A stretch of DNA of 64,000 nt from Octopus sinensis (lineage: Eukaryota), in assembly GCF_006345805.1 (NCBI RefSeq), contig NC_042997.1, positions 120,528,001 to 120,592,000 on the forward strand, given 5' to 3'. Below, one piece after another: positions 1 through 13,049 of this stretch. How positions within the stretch are numbered: the first letter of the stretch is position 1; the number at the start of each line of letters is the position of its first letter. A model generated the notes under the pieces. That model searched no databases. It saw nothing but the letters and a program-made list of their open reading frames with translations, and was not told where the DNA came from. The position numbers were made by a program, and so were the translations under genes.

Positions 1-287
1 AATGGGTTTTTTATAATACCAAATGTAGTAGTTTGTGAACTTGAAAATATTTCTCAATCTACTATAATCGCTATGCTCGTTATGTGAACATCCTTTCTTT
101 CATCTGTTAAGATCTCGTGAAATTTAATGCGTTTTGCTACATTTTCACCGTAGACCTCCTCACGAAGATTGACTCATTTTACATTTCCTGGAGGTATTTT
201 CATTATTTGGTGTGTCATCATTCACACTTGATTTGGTTTTCTTTCTCACTCTCACAAATCCCTAAGTCATCTTGCTTCTCCATCTGA

Positions 288-445
288 AATCTTCATTGCC
301 AAAATGCAGCAATCTTCTCGGCAAAGAAATGACACAATGCGGTGATCTTCTCGCCAAAGGGTGCAGCAATCTTGACGCCATAGAGTGCGGCAATCTTCTC
401 ACCAAAGAAATGACACAATGCAGTGATGGCAAAATAAATTTGTAA
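288..445 (+). repeat. Imperfect minisatellite, 23/24/33-bp units (aatcttctcgccaaag...tgcagc)
   Basis: Five consecutive units start with (a/g)atctt; two carry the extra segment aaatgacacaa. Confidence 0.75.
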
Positions 446-1819
446 CGCATTGTAGTCGAATACATCGATTGCATATCGTGCATGTTACAATGAATACGGA
501 AAAATTAAATGTTGAAGACACCTACGTTTCATTACAGCACACTTCCTTTAGAACAGTAACAATGGCAAAAGCAGCAACAGAATATATGACAGTTGTGTCT
601 TCATGTTTTAGTAAAGAATTTAATAACCTGTAGCAAAGTTAATGTATTTAAATCAGCCGCCAGTTTAAAGTGTTCGTGTTAATAAAATATTGGTTGTGAT
701 AGATTTTCTTTTAAACAAAAGTTACCTTCATAAATCTAATTTATATAAATTTTTTTTCGAGACTTTCTCTACTATTCTATTTCCTATACAAAATTTTATA
801 GGTGTAAAGAGAAGTAATATTCATAGTTATAAATAATAATAATGCTATTGATTAAAATTTGTTAGTAATATTTACTCTCAAAAGGAAAAAATTAAATGTT
901 GTAACATATGATATATAACATCATAAATTTTTTTTATGCTGTACAGACAGACATTTAACAACAAAAGTAAATATATAAAATTAAGGTATACGCAGACGTG
1001 TTTATATATTTGTATACGCAGTATACAAACATACAAACACACACATAGCATATAAAGACAGAAACCACATACACATATACACACATATATATCAATATTT
1101 ATATGTATATATGTATGTGCAAAACCAGAAGCCGTGTGAGCATGTGTGTATAAATAAATAAATATATATGAATATATATGTTTTCTATTTTACCTCTTTT
1201 AGCTTCTTTTTTTGCATTGGGCAGCGGTCATACCGAGATAAACACGCTCGTTCACTTTTTCATTGATCGTTTTAGTTAAATACCAATTCCATCCTGGTTT
1301 TTATCTTTTCAGCCAATCTTTGTAGAATGTGTAAGCTCTGGAGGAAATATGAAGAATGCCAACTTCATGAGACGCAGTGCAAAGATTAGGTTTATATTGT
1401 TCCTTACGGGGTCAATCTTAAACCGAAATTTGCATCTGATTTACTTTTAGTACACAGAGGGTAAAATACCCACCCAAAAATTTAAGCCGAACAATGATAT
1501 TACCTAACTACATAAAACAAACCACGCACTCAGCATCAACAGCCTGCGCCCCACGGATCAACTTCTGAGCATTTAACTTGATTTAAATATCACAATCTGA
1601 ACACACTGTTTTCCCTATATTTTCTATAATGCTTTATTGTTTTGTATCCATGTGACTATATATCATTGTCTATGTCTATATCACTGAATATAAATATATC
1701 ATCATTGTTCGACCTTGGTCGAAACTTTAAAGTCTTTTCAAATGGCTAATAATGTGTGCGCGCGCCGCTACTACACACATTGGAAAGCATCGTACAAACA
1801 AACACTAAAGAAGATTTTT

Positions 1820-2070
1820 CTTCCTCCATGAAACAAAGCTGTTCCCGCTGGATATCAACCCAGTATTTCTAAGGTGCGGACCGAGTGATTTGTTGTAAGG
1901 TTATCTCCCTAGAGAGATTGCTTTCACTACGGCTAAGGAGCCCTTTCTACCCCACTGACACAGGTTGTACTGGTTTACAGTTTACCAGTAGCAGGATCCG
2001 ATGCTGCATACATCGGGCCTGACCTGTGCCTCTACGTATTATTTACGCCTGTGCATCCCCGATGAAAGGC
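1820..2070 (-). mobile_element. Non-coding repeat with an RTE-LINE 5'UTR-like motif
   Basis: Minus strand reads gggctccttagccgtagtgaaagcaatctctctagggagataacc, resembling the conserved RTE 5' region. A related motif lies at 27690-27745. Confidence 0.4.
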
Positions 2071-2158
2071 AGTATATTTGTTTGCGTAAACATGAATCTG
2101 TATATATATATACATACACTCACACACACACATATATATACATATGTACACACGCATG

Positions 2159-2198
<40 letters not shown>

Positions 2199-2534
2199 AG
2201 TGCGTGTGTGTGTGTGCATGCTTGTTTCTGTGTGTGTATGTGTCACTGAGTGCTTATGTGTATACATATATATACATACACATAACACATACATACGCAT
2301 ATATATTTTGAAGTCTACATTAAGAGCTGGAGAGAGACATATGTGCTTTTATGATTACATTATGTCGTTTCAAATGTGTCATTGGTTATTTTTATTCCAG
2401 AATTACCAAAGTTTTAATATTTATGTGTTTATGCAGCATTATATTTCCTATGTATTCAATAAAATTTTTTAGGTAGTTACATAATTTATACTCATATATT
2501 CACATTATATTTAAATTCATGTATTCACATAAAT

Positions 2535-2570
2535 CTAATATATATATATATATATATGTCTGTGTTTATG

Positions 2571-2603
<33 letters not shown>

Positions 2604-2606
2604 ATG

Positions 2607-2648
<42 letters not shown>

Positions 2649-2860
2649 TAATGTAGGCATTTTTTGGTATATATATGTGTATATATATATATCTTTGTGT
2701 ATGTAAATATATATGTATGCATATACATACATATATATATATATATATGTATGCATATACATACATATATATATATGCATATACATATATATATATATGT
2801 ATATGTATATATATATGTATGTATATGTATATATATATGTATGTATATGTATATATATAT

Positions 2861-2956
<96 letters not shown>

Positions 2957-2960
2957 TATA
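2535..2960. repeat. (TA)n/(TATG)n compound microsatellite
   Basis: Directly visible. Confidence 0.95.
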
Positions 2961-3329
2961 TACATGTCCATCTGCGTGTGTAATGTATACTTTCTTTCAA
3001 ATATTATCTTAAAACTTTCGTGCTCGCTGAAAACTTTTCAAAATAGCGCTTGTACATATGTAAATAAAACATACCACATTGCTCTTGCTCTTGCCTCACA
3101 AGCATGCTGTCATGCATTCTGTCTAATCGACTGCATACTTCCATACACACTCAGGCCTGACCCTATATTTCCACTTGCTAATGTCAATTTAAAACCACAC
3201 CAGCGACCCGCTACGAATATACAAACATGAATCTAACACACTCCGCAGTCTCTTTTCGTCCCTGACGTCTTATACAATTTCCTCGTACTATCCCTATTCA
3301 AAATATTTAGCAATATAAGCTTGTGTATA

Positions 3330-3620
3330 TCGAATCTTTGATACGTAAGAGAAATAGTTGACCAAATAGCACCGTTCAAAATGGAGTGTTAAATAGAAGT
3401 GCATTCAAAGAAAAACTACAAAACATTAATGAGGCACCACAAGAAACAATGAACAAAGGAAACAAATAAAATCGTGTTTCAACCATCCATGAAACAGTGT
3501 AGAAACAAGTGTAGCGAAAGCTTTGTCAGTATTTGTTAGCAAGTAATTCCTAACAAAACATAAATAACAAATTCTTAAAAAGGAACAACATAAACGTTAT
3601 CTATATGTGCAGAAAAGATG

Positions 3621-3662
<42 letters not shown>

Positions 3663-3870
3663 TAAAACCATTTATCAGTAACAATATGGAATGACGTGTA
3701 GACCCAGCTAGAAACATTTGCAAATTCCCCGGAACAAGTATAAAACCATTACAGAGAAAATATTTAACCAACAATTACATTATCTTAAGCAACACTGTCA
3801 CAGATAGTAGATACCAGAAGGCCTTCCATTGGCATCACAACTAGAATATTCAGAGCGCGGATAAACATTT
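3330..3870 (+). mobile_element. Highly decayed Penelope-like element fragment (RT thumb/linker to GIY-YIG)
   Basis: Remnants such as aaaatcgtgtttcaaccatcc (KI-WFNPP-like), aggaacaacataaacgttatctatatgtgc (RNNI-V-YMC) and attggcatcacaactagaatattcagagcgcgg (IGIT..FRAR) parallel the element at 17.2-17.6 kb. A (TA)n tract interrupts it. Confidence 0.55.
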
Positions 3871-4393
3871 CACAAATGTAATACATGGCAGTGTCACTGT
3901 CCGCATTAATTCTCATCTGGGATCCATTTGGCCCATGAAGATCCGTATCAGACTTTTGGTGGTCCGCGCAACAACATAATAATTGGCTATCCTCATTAAT
4001 ATTTTAAGAGCCCCTGAAAAATTTCACTTTAGATGTATTTATTGTTATAACATTTTTACACAGTACAACCTACACAAGTTAATGTGTGAATAACAAAATA
4101 GGAATGGTGAGAGAAGTATATATAAAACTAATTTCTGAACATGGCTAGGAGGGGTTCACCAGAACAAACAGTAACCAAAGGGAACCAGAAATAAAACGAA
4201 GGTTGAGAACCCCTGGTGCAAAGCATCTGAAGATAAATGAATATATATCAAATAGCAGGAAACGGAGAAAGTCTGCCTCTAAACATAATATGTGCGACAA
4301 TTGTTACTGCATTTGCCATGGATTGCGGTTATATCCCAGCTGCATCTAAGTATCCCGGTGTATTTTGTAACAGTTGTATATACATATATATAT

Positions 4394-4394
<1 letters not shown>

Positions 4395-4430
<36 letters not shown>

Positions 4431-4431
4431 C

Positions 4432-4523
<92 letters not shown>
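4395..4523. repeat. (GATA)n microsatellite
   Basis: Directly visible. Confidence 0.97.
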
Positions 4524-4524
<1 letters not shown>

Positions 4525-5796
4525 CAAGTACACACATTGCACGAGTAAGCACATAAATGCAAATCAATGTGGAACAAGTAGAACTCGAATACCGAAGGTA
4601 GAGTAATATACAGTTTTATTAAACCTGCAAAAAACATCACAAAAAAATACCCAGTGTTTGACGTTCCCGTTCGTCGGGCAACCCATGACAAACAGTTGTT
4701 TGAATCTTATTTCTAGAATTGCCGGTGTTGATTTGGACCTTTAGTCACTTTATTGACGTTTTTACTTACACACACACACACACACACACGCACAAGCACG
4801 CGCACATACACACATAGAAACACACACACACGCACATACACACACAGGAACATACACACACGCACACGAACAGACACACATATACACATGCACAATGTTG
4901 AAAAGGGGAGCTCGAATAGAAATATTTTTTTTATATATAAAAGTCGTATAAATAGATTTAGATATCTTCGTTTTTTCAAATATCACATACACGCTGTAAG
5001 TGGCTCAGTGTAACACTACGTGGAATGTTTCTCTATTAGAAATTGCTGACATTATCCAGCTGGCAGTACAAAGGAGCGGCAACTCTATAATTAATATGAG
5101 CAATGGTGAGCACTACTGATCGTAAATCACATTATAGCGCTATAGTGATAGTTTTACTCCATAAGCAGGTTGTAATTCATTTAATGAAAACTAATGCGTG
5201 TGTAGCAGAAGTGTGTAATACTTTTATATGTTTGTTTGTTTAAGCTTAAATAGCGCAGAGTGGGTTCACCAGAACTTTCCTTTCCATCGGGTCACATGAT
5301 CCTGTAGCTTGCCAAACTAGTTGTATGTATTGGTCGGTTACTAACTATCCAATCGCATGTTTGGAGCAGTTTGTTTTCAATTCAGGAAAAAGAAAACCTT
5401 TGTCTCTGGGGCCTGCCCAGTGTAAAAAAAAAAACTCTTGTAGTCCGCCTTGTTAGGTCTTTTGCCGCAGCCATTGACTACACACCACGTCTGTTTGTAC
5501 CAGCGATGATGAACAACAAATCCAGTCTCAGAGCTTTAAGTCAGCTTTCTCCGGTTTTCATAGTTTCCACAACAGACAGCAGACCACAGCCATATCAACA
5601 GACTCAGAAGAACTGAAGTCATTTAAATCTTTGCTCCAGAATGTAATATAATCATCATACTCTTTTGGCAATCTTATTTTTATAACGAGAGGAATAAACC
5701 ATCGCTTATTCAACCTTTCCCAATCTTAGTGTTTGCTACATCTTTTTCCGTTATACGTGTTTTATATACTATCGGAGCTCAATTACAGGCAATAAT

Positions 5797-7066
5797 AATC
5801 AGGTCATTCCATAAGTTCTCTCCGAATTTTGAATAAAGAAAACGAGTGATCAAATGTTATATCTAATTGAAATTTAATCATCAATGTATTTTCCCTGATT
5901 ATCAATGACTTCCTTCCCTCTACTTACAAGCTTTTTAATCCCATCAATATAAAACTCTTTTGATTTCAAAGCAAAGAACTCAATAATGTCAGTTTCGACC
6001 TTCTCCTGGCTTGCAAAAGTTATGTCCCCCAAATGATTCTGTAAACTACGAACCAAATGATAGTCTGAAGGAGCACGATCGAGGGAATAATGTGGATGAG
6101 GAATTTTTTCCAAAACAAGCTCTTCGATCTTCTGTGATGTGATATTTCAGTGTGAGATCACACATTGTCCTGATGAAACATCACTCCTTTTCGATTCACT
6201 AAAGCGGGTTTTTTTCTTCAAAGTTTGGTTGAAACGCTCTAATTGCTGACAGAAGACTTGAGCGCTGATTGTTGCATTAAGTGGTAACAATTCAAAGTGA
6301 ATTACTCCTTTGCCATCCCACCAGATAGAAAGAGGAATCTTTTTTCCCATGAAGTTCCGTTCTTGGTTGTGGTTGAGCTTTTTCCCTTTTACCAACCCAC
6401 CGTTTACGACGTTTAACATTTCGATAGATGATCCGTTTCTCGACAACTGTCACAACTCTATCCAAAAAGGGTGAGATGAGTTAACGAGAATGGAGAAAAG
6501 AGCAGATGTCAACTCTGGATTTGCGGTTGCTTTCGGACAATTTATGAAGCACACATTTTCCAAATTTAGGAATCGTTCCAAGTTGTTGAAGATGACGATG
6601 AACTGTTGTATGGTTTGAACTAAGCTTTATTGCCAATTCTTCAACTTATAATGTAGGAATTTCTTCATGTGATGCCTCAAGGAGCTTATCATCAAACTCA
6701 ACTGTACCTCATGCTCGATCTTCATCTTCACGGCTGAAATCTCTTCTGAATTTTGCAAACCATCTACTGCAGGTTCTTTCTTTCAAGCATTCTTTCCCAT
6801 AAACTGAGTATATGTTTCGAGTTGCTTCGGCTGCAGAGTTTCCTTTATGTGCCTTAAATGCTCTTTCGATACTTCCATGTTAGAAAGGGTTTTAAATGAA
6901 AGAAGTTTTAATTCTATTATTCTGTAAAATAATATTTAATTAGTTTAAATGTACACAAATGCATAAAAATATTTTATTAATTCTTTTAGACATTCTAAAA
7001 TACTATTAAATTTCATTCAATTTTAAAGAAGGTAAAATCGGACAGAACTTATGGGATGACTTGATA
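5797..7066 (-). mobile_element. Full-length decayed mariner (Tc1/mariner, DD34D type) transposon, ~1.27 kb
   Basis: TIRs are atcaggtcattccataagttctctccgaatttt (5798-5830) and aaaatcggacagaacttatgggatgacttgat (7034-7065). The size is typical of mariner. Confidence 0.93.
5874..6878 (-). pseudogene. Mariner transposase pseudogene (frameshifted)
   Basis: Begins MEVSKEHLRHI...KGNSAAEATRNIYSVYG...W. Later motifs are LSIWWDGKGVIHFELL, HQDN and PHPHYSLDRAPSDYHLVRSLQNHL (YSPDLAPSD), ending in GKYIDD. Confidence 0.93.
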
Positions 7067-8357
7067 TTTACTCTAACATCACCTGCTGCAAAGAATTATC
7101 TTAGTAATATTAAACGTTTTGATCTACGTTTGAGCTGTTGAAATTATCAAAATACTTTGTGTAAAAGGGGTTGACTCTCTCGATCTCTTAATGTTTGACT
7201 CCAGAAAGTTTCAATGCCCACATGTCTTTACTGTGAAACCGCGATGGCGTGAGGGAATGAAAACACTCTCAAATGCGGGCGAAATAGAGTGGATTCTACA
7301 AAAGGCAGTTAAGGATTAAGTCTACCGACCGGGATTAACTCTTCGGCAGTATTTGAAATCAGAATGCAAAGGGCCCAGAAAGATGCCATAAGACATCCAG
7401 ACCAATATGTTTACTGTTCTCAAGTCCCAAAGATCTGCATTAGCAATTCTTTTTTATCGAAGTCGAATGGATTAGAGGTTAAAATGAACGCAATTGCCGT
7501 TGACTTCTAAGAAAAGCGAGTCAGAGTTTGAACCCCTTCCTCGCTCTCGCATGTTACATCTTTATCGACGTGAAAATAATGAAAATCAAATTAATTTCGG
7601 TGGGATTCGAACTCATAAATACGCTGAATTTACTGCAGCCATATAGAATTGATACATCACTAATATTCTGTCGAGGATTCACACACTACAACCCCATAGC
7701 TAACTGGTGAAAGCACATTGCAGAGCAGGTTTTAATAGTTCGTGAATTGTGATGCTTTTTAGTTCACCGCATTGCAGGTATGCGTGCATCATTATTGTAT
7801 TGTTGTGGTGTCCAAATTTGTTCAAATATATGTATCCGACGGAGGTAGGATCTATTCTGAGGTGCATGTGTCTCGTCTATGCAGCTAGTACATAACGAAC
7901 AAAGCAAATTTAAGCTACTACATTTGAACACAATACAGGGAAACATAGAAGAGAGAATATTGTATGAACGCTGATATAACATTGCAACAAAATTGAATTC
8001 CATATAATGAAAGAGACGAATTATCAAATCAAATAATATACAATAAATAAATAAACGGAGATATTGCACTGGGCACGGCTACCGAATTTCAGAAATGAAA
8101 TGAACTGAGGTATCAGGATGTCGGTATGTAGCTGCGATTATCACCTTCACTCCATCGAGTTTACCTAACGACACCGAATTCAATTGTAACCAATGAAGCA
8201 TCTTCGAGAAAACAAAGTGAATACAATTTGTAGATACAAATTGTATACCAATGGCGAGTAAGAATCTTTTGTTGAAAGATCACAGCGCATATATACACAC
8301 ATATATGTACTACGTATGTAGGTGTGCATGAATGTATGTATATATGTGTGTGGATAT

Positions 8358-8397
<40 letters not shown>

Positions 8398-8457
8398 TCG
8401 TGTATGTATGTATACGCATAATATACAGAGGTGTGTATATATAAATAGCTGCATGAA

Positions 8458-8492
<35 letters not shown>

Positions 8493-8798
8493 CGTGTGTG
8501 TGTGTTTATGTGTGTGTATGTATGTATACATAAACCATACATATCGTGTGATATCACAGTAAGTTCCCCCCACCACCTGCAAGATAATTCCCGCATTGGT
8601 TAACAAAGGTCACCACAGTGGTACTATAAACTCTTTAGTGGAACATTCTTTAGAAATGCGCATATTCGCTGAATCTTTTATCGACACACCAACATGTACA
8701 TGCACACGCTTACACAGACACATACTCAGGTACGAACAATAGCATACTACTGAGATATGTGTAAACATGCGTATTTCAATTTATATATAAAATTAAAT

Positions 8799-8854
<56 letters not shown>

Positions 8855-9052
8855 TCCTCTGAATGTATGTATACACATATATATGCATATACACATACAT
8901 AAATGCATATACATATAATTTCATGTATATAAGGGTTCAAAATCAACGCTTGTTTAGATCTACGTGTGGGTATCCATTTGTGAGAAAATAGTCATGAATC
9001 TCCCGTATACGAATTATAGCGGCGTGATTGTGCTCGTGGGCGTATAGATATA

Positions 9053-9142
<90 letters not shown>

Positions 9143-9857
9143 CTTACCGTCCTTGACTTTTACTGTGATTATGTTATATACATTACGTGAGTTATTTGCA
9201 ACATACACACAATAAAAAAACTTACGCAAAAAATCTTCATATATATGTATATGAAACATTGATCTGAGGGCAGTAATTTTATTTACACCTTAAGTGTGGT
9301 GTTTTGAAGTTTTCCCATTCCAACTTGCGATTGGAACATCAATCTTACTCTCTTATGCAGACCGATTCAATTATAAGTGGAGAACATTGCATGAAGGTGA
9401 TATGATAATCTGTAGATTTATCATCGACGTAGAATATATTAAATTAACAGGGACAGGTTTATCTAAAGCTTGTTCGTAAATTACACTTAAAACGTTCCTT
9501 TATGAGTAGATAATACAATGCACTCTTAAAATTTATGTTCCTGGTTGTTTCGTTATATTCCTGGTTGGTTCCTTTATATATGATGTTGGACAATATTCTT
9601 AGGAAATATCATTCTTGAAATATTATTCAGTATATAATGCATCTGAGATTAATATTAACATATGTATTTCTATTACCGAACTTACGAAACTTGAAATTTT
9701 TTCCAGAGATTCTATCGTAATTACGGTTGATGTATTCATTGAAGTACCTGATTTAATTGTTTTTGTTCTGTTTGTCCCATAGCATTCCTATTCATATTTG
9801 CTTCACTGAGAATAATTGAAACCAGTTACATATTTTAATAATAGTTAGGAGCATTCA

Positions 9858-10065
9858 TGGTAGAATGTTTACTACGTCGGACACAATGCTTTGCGGTATT
9901 TCATCAGGACTTTAGTTCTGAGTTTAAATTCTGTCGGGGCCGAACTTGTCTTTCATTCTATCGGGTTCTATAAAATATGTACCAATTGATCACTTCGATG
10001 AAATCAGCTAATTCGCCCCTCAACATTTACGACTTGTACCCAACCCACTGTAGAGAGGATTATTC
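9858..10065 (+). mobile_element. Decayed tRNA-derived SINE (same family as 47252-47499)
   Basis: aatgctttgcggtatttc...ttctgagtttaaattctgtcggggccgaacttgtctttcat aligns with the 47.3-kb copy. Confidence 0.6.
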
Positions 10066-10088
10066 ATTTTACTAATATGTAAAGCAGT

Positions 10089-10392
10089 GGAGGCAGATGG
10101 CTTAGTGGTTAGAGTAGTGAACTCGCGCTCGAGGGATCGCAGGTTTGAATCTCAGACCGGGCGATGTGTGTGTTTATAAGCGAAATAGCTAATCTCCACG
10201 CGGCTCCAGCAGAAGGTAATGACGAACTTCATCTGACTCTTTCGCCACAACACTCTCTCACTCTTTCCTCCTGTATCTTGCAGCTCACCTGCGACGGACC
10301 GGCATCCCGTCCAGGTGGGGAAGCTATACGTCAAGGAAAAGAGGAAACAGGCGCTAATGAGCCAGGCATGGTTCGAGAAGGAACAAACAATA
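10089..10392 (+). mobile_element. tRNA-derived SINE with V/Meta-like central domain
   Basis: A box tggcttagtggtt, B-box-like ggtttgaatctc, and central cctgcgacggaccggcatcccgtccagg. Confidence 0.75.
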
Positions 10393-10871
10393 TGTAAAGC
10401 ATTTAAGAGAGGATCGTTTGTACGCTGCACAAAGTGCTTTGCGGCATTTCGATTGTCATAACGTTCTAAGTCCAAATTCCACAGAGATCGACTTTTTCTT
10501 GCATAATTTCGAATAAATATATTTGTATGTTTGTATCATTGGGGTTGTGGCTTTGTTTCTCTCTACTATTTCTTGACAACCGTTGTTGTCTTGTTTACGT
10601 TCCTGTAACTTAGGGGTTCATCAAATCTGATGATAGAGCAAGTACCAGAATTTACACAAATAAGTACAGGGATCGATGTGTTTGAATAAACCCTACAAGG
10701 TGGCGTACCAGCATGGCAGCAGTATAATGTCTGAAACAGGTAACAAATTTCGTTTCTCTAAATATTGTTTTCTGTAATTCGTTCTAAGTCAAAAGCATAA
10801 ATATCACTGAAGCATTAAAAATATATTTCCAAAGCATGTTTAGACTTAAATAGAGTGAGAATCTAGATTAG

Positions 10872-10872
<1 letters not shown>

Positions 10873-10927
<55 letters not shown>

Positions 10928-10962
10928 TAATAATAATGATAATAATAATATTATTATTATTA
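10873..10962. repeat. (AAT)n switching to (TTA)n
   Basis: Directly visible. Confidence 0.95.
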
Positions 10963-11067
10963 TGAGTAAATATACGTTGTATTAATTTACTCAAGCAGCA
11001 ACTATAATCTGTACAAGACAAAATGTATTTGTAATAATGTTGCTACTGCAACTGATGATGGTGGTGG

Positions 11068-11106
<39 letters not shown>

Positions 11107-11149
11107 CGACGACAATGAAGACGGCGACGACTACGACGATGATGACACT

Positions 11150-12445
11150 CCCGATGATTATATAGATGATATCAAGTTGTATGTCACAAGTGTTAAAAAT
11201 CAAAGTATGAGCATTACTAAAGAGAATACACGGATTTAACAAAGGAATGAACAAGAAATTCGGTTTAGAAAAATGCGCCCATTTAACATTAAAGATATGG
11301 AAGTTAATTAAGAACACTAATCGCGTATAAAGAAATTGAGATAAGAGAATGAAACCAAACAAAGATATAGAGATAATTAGAAATCAATGATCTAAGTATT
11401 TTATAAGACGCGAAAGAACGAAAAGATTAGACAGAAATATTATTGATGAATTAGAAGAGAGGGCTGCAAAATATAAAGTAATGGACATCAATATTGGAGC
11501 TCTCCCAGCAAGAATTTTAATATTTTGATATTAACTGGGTATCAACGGATATAGCAATGGGAGGCTGAAATTCCAGCAAATTAACTATGCGGTTAGAATA
11601 CATTAAAAGCTATCTGATATTGAAAGAGTATATCCCAGGTATGGAAGGTGGTAGGAATTTTGTATAACCTGAAAACTGTTCCTTTAATATCTAGAACAAA
11701 AGTGTGGAATATTAAACAAATAGCTTTGTAACTTGGATAAAAAAAAGTCTTCTAAACCAACGAATAGAAAACAAATGCTTCAAATACAGATAGGTATGAA
11801 GAAAAGTAGAAACGTTAGAAATAGGGAATTCGGTAAAATCTAAATGGAAAATAGAGACACAAACCATCATGATAAAACAATGGCATATAAAGACCTTCCA
11901 TGGACATGCCTGAGAGAAAAACAATGATAGGTGCATTTCTTAAAGAATAATTCCATTGATTGATGAGAAGCGCAAGTTTCAAAACAGAATCAGATCTTTT
12001 GATTGCGACACGGAACACATGATTCCTCACCAGAAATCACCGAGAGCATATAATGATGTATATTATACAAACTATAGAATATGTGAAAATGGTGATTATT
12101 TCCATTGCTTCTGACTGCCAATAAATCCTTTGTCACTAAATAACATAGACGGGCATAAGATTGTTACGAAATAAATTCACTGGACATTATGACAATATAT
12201 ATGATATACCAAAATAAATGCATGGTGTAATCATACACCGTTTCTGATAATCAGAAAGCAACCATATTTTGTGAATAAGCAGCGGGAACAAGAGCAATCG
12301 ACGAGATGTTGTTGTTAAAACCCACGAAGTAAAGAAATGTCAACTAATCGACATATCATTCCCAACAGATAATACTGCATTTCTCAAAAATAATGGAGAA
12401 ATTACCCATATATAAAGATCTCGATATTGAGAATTTGAGGCATGA
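11150..12445 (+). mobile_element. Heavily decayed R4/Dong-like RLE LINE (RT C-terminus to RLE endonuclease)
   Basis: aaattcggtttagaaaaatgcgcc encodes KFGLEKCA. Further remnants such as MIKQW..K..HG and EKLPIYKDLDIE are colinear with the 42.8-46.8 kb element. Confidence 0.75.
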
Positions 12446-13049
12446 AAACAACGGCCATTGTTTTCTCACTGCCTGCTCATGCCTAGGTTTCCTATCAGAG
12501 ACAGATAACGATGAGGTACTTCTTATAACCTCTCTGCTCGATTTTCTCACGAGAGGGAAAATTAGCGTCTTAAGATTCATACAGATACGCTATAGAAGAT
12601 TGTTGTATGATATCGTCTTGTAGAACTGGATGATTGTCTCCTGCTGTTCAGTCATCTTAGTCGACTGACTCTGTAGAGGTACACATTTAAAACTCTGTTG
12701 AGAACTATCAATGAATATCTACCATTCATTGGGTACATATTTTTATAAAGCAAATTATTCAGCAAAACTTAACATTGTTATAAAAAGAAACAAATTATAT
12801 TTCTCTATTGCAATAGGACCTAGTTTGGTACATACATTCTCTCACTAACAAGATGTGCTAAAAGCAAATGAAGGGCAAATACTAATTCACGTATATTAGT
12901 GGTTGTGTGCATGGTAGAAATATACGGATGCACAATCGCACAGAATGGAGGAAATGAAACAAATATGGACGACATGCTCCAAAACACCACCGAGTTCTGA
13001 AAACTGTTCTCAAAAATAATCGTCAATTGCCCCACCCCACCCCCAAATT

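Noticed and set aside
288-445. CRISPR-like repeat array
   Set aside because: The units are degenerate tandem copies without unique spacers, there are no cas genes, and the context is eukaryotic.
2001-3230. Many [18 protein letters not shown] ORFs here and throughout the window
   Set aside because: They are stop-free translations of (TA)n, (TG)n and (GATA)n microsatellites, not genes.
9140-9170. Strong minus-strand splice donor (g/gtaagta)
   Set aside because: No supportable exon or reading frame is associated with it.
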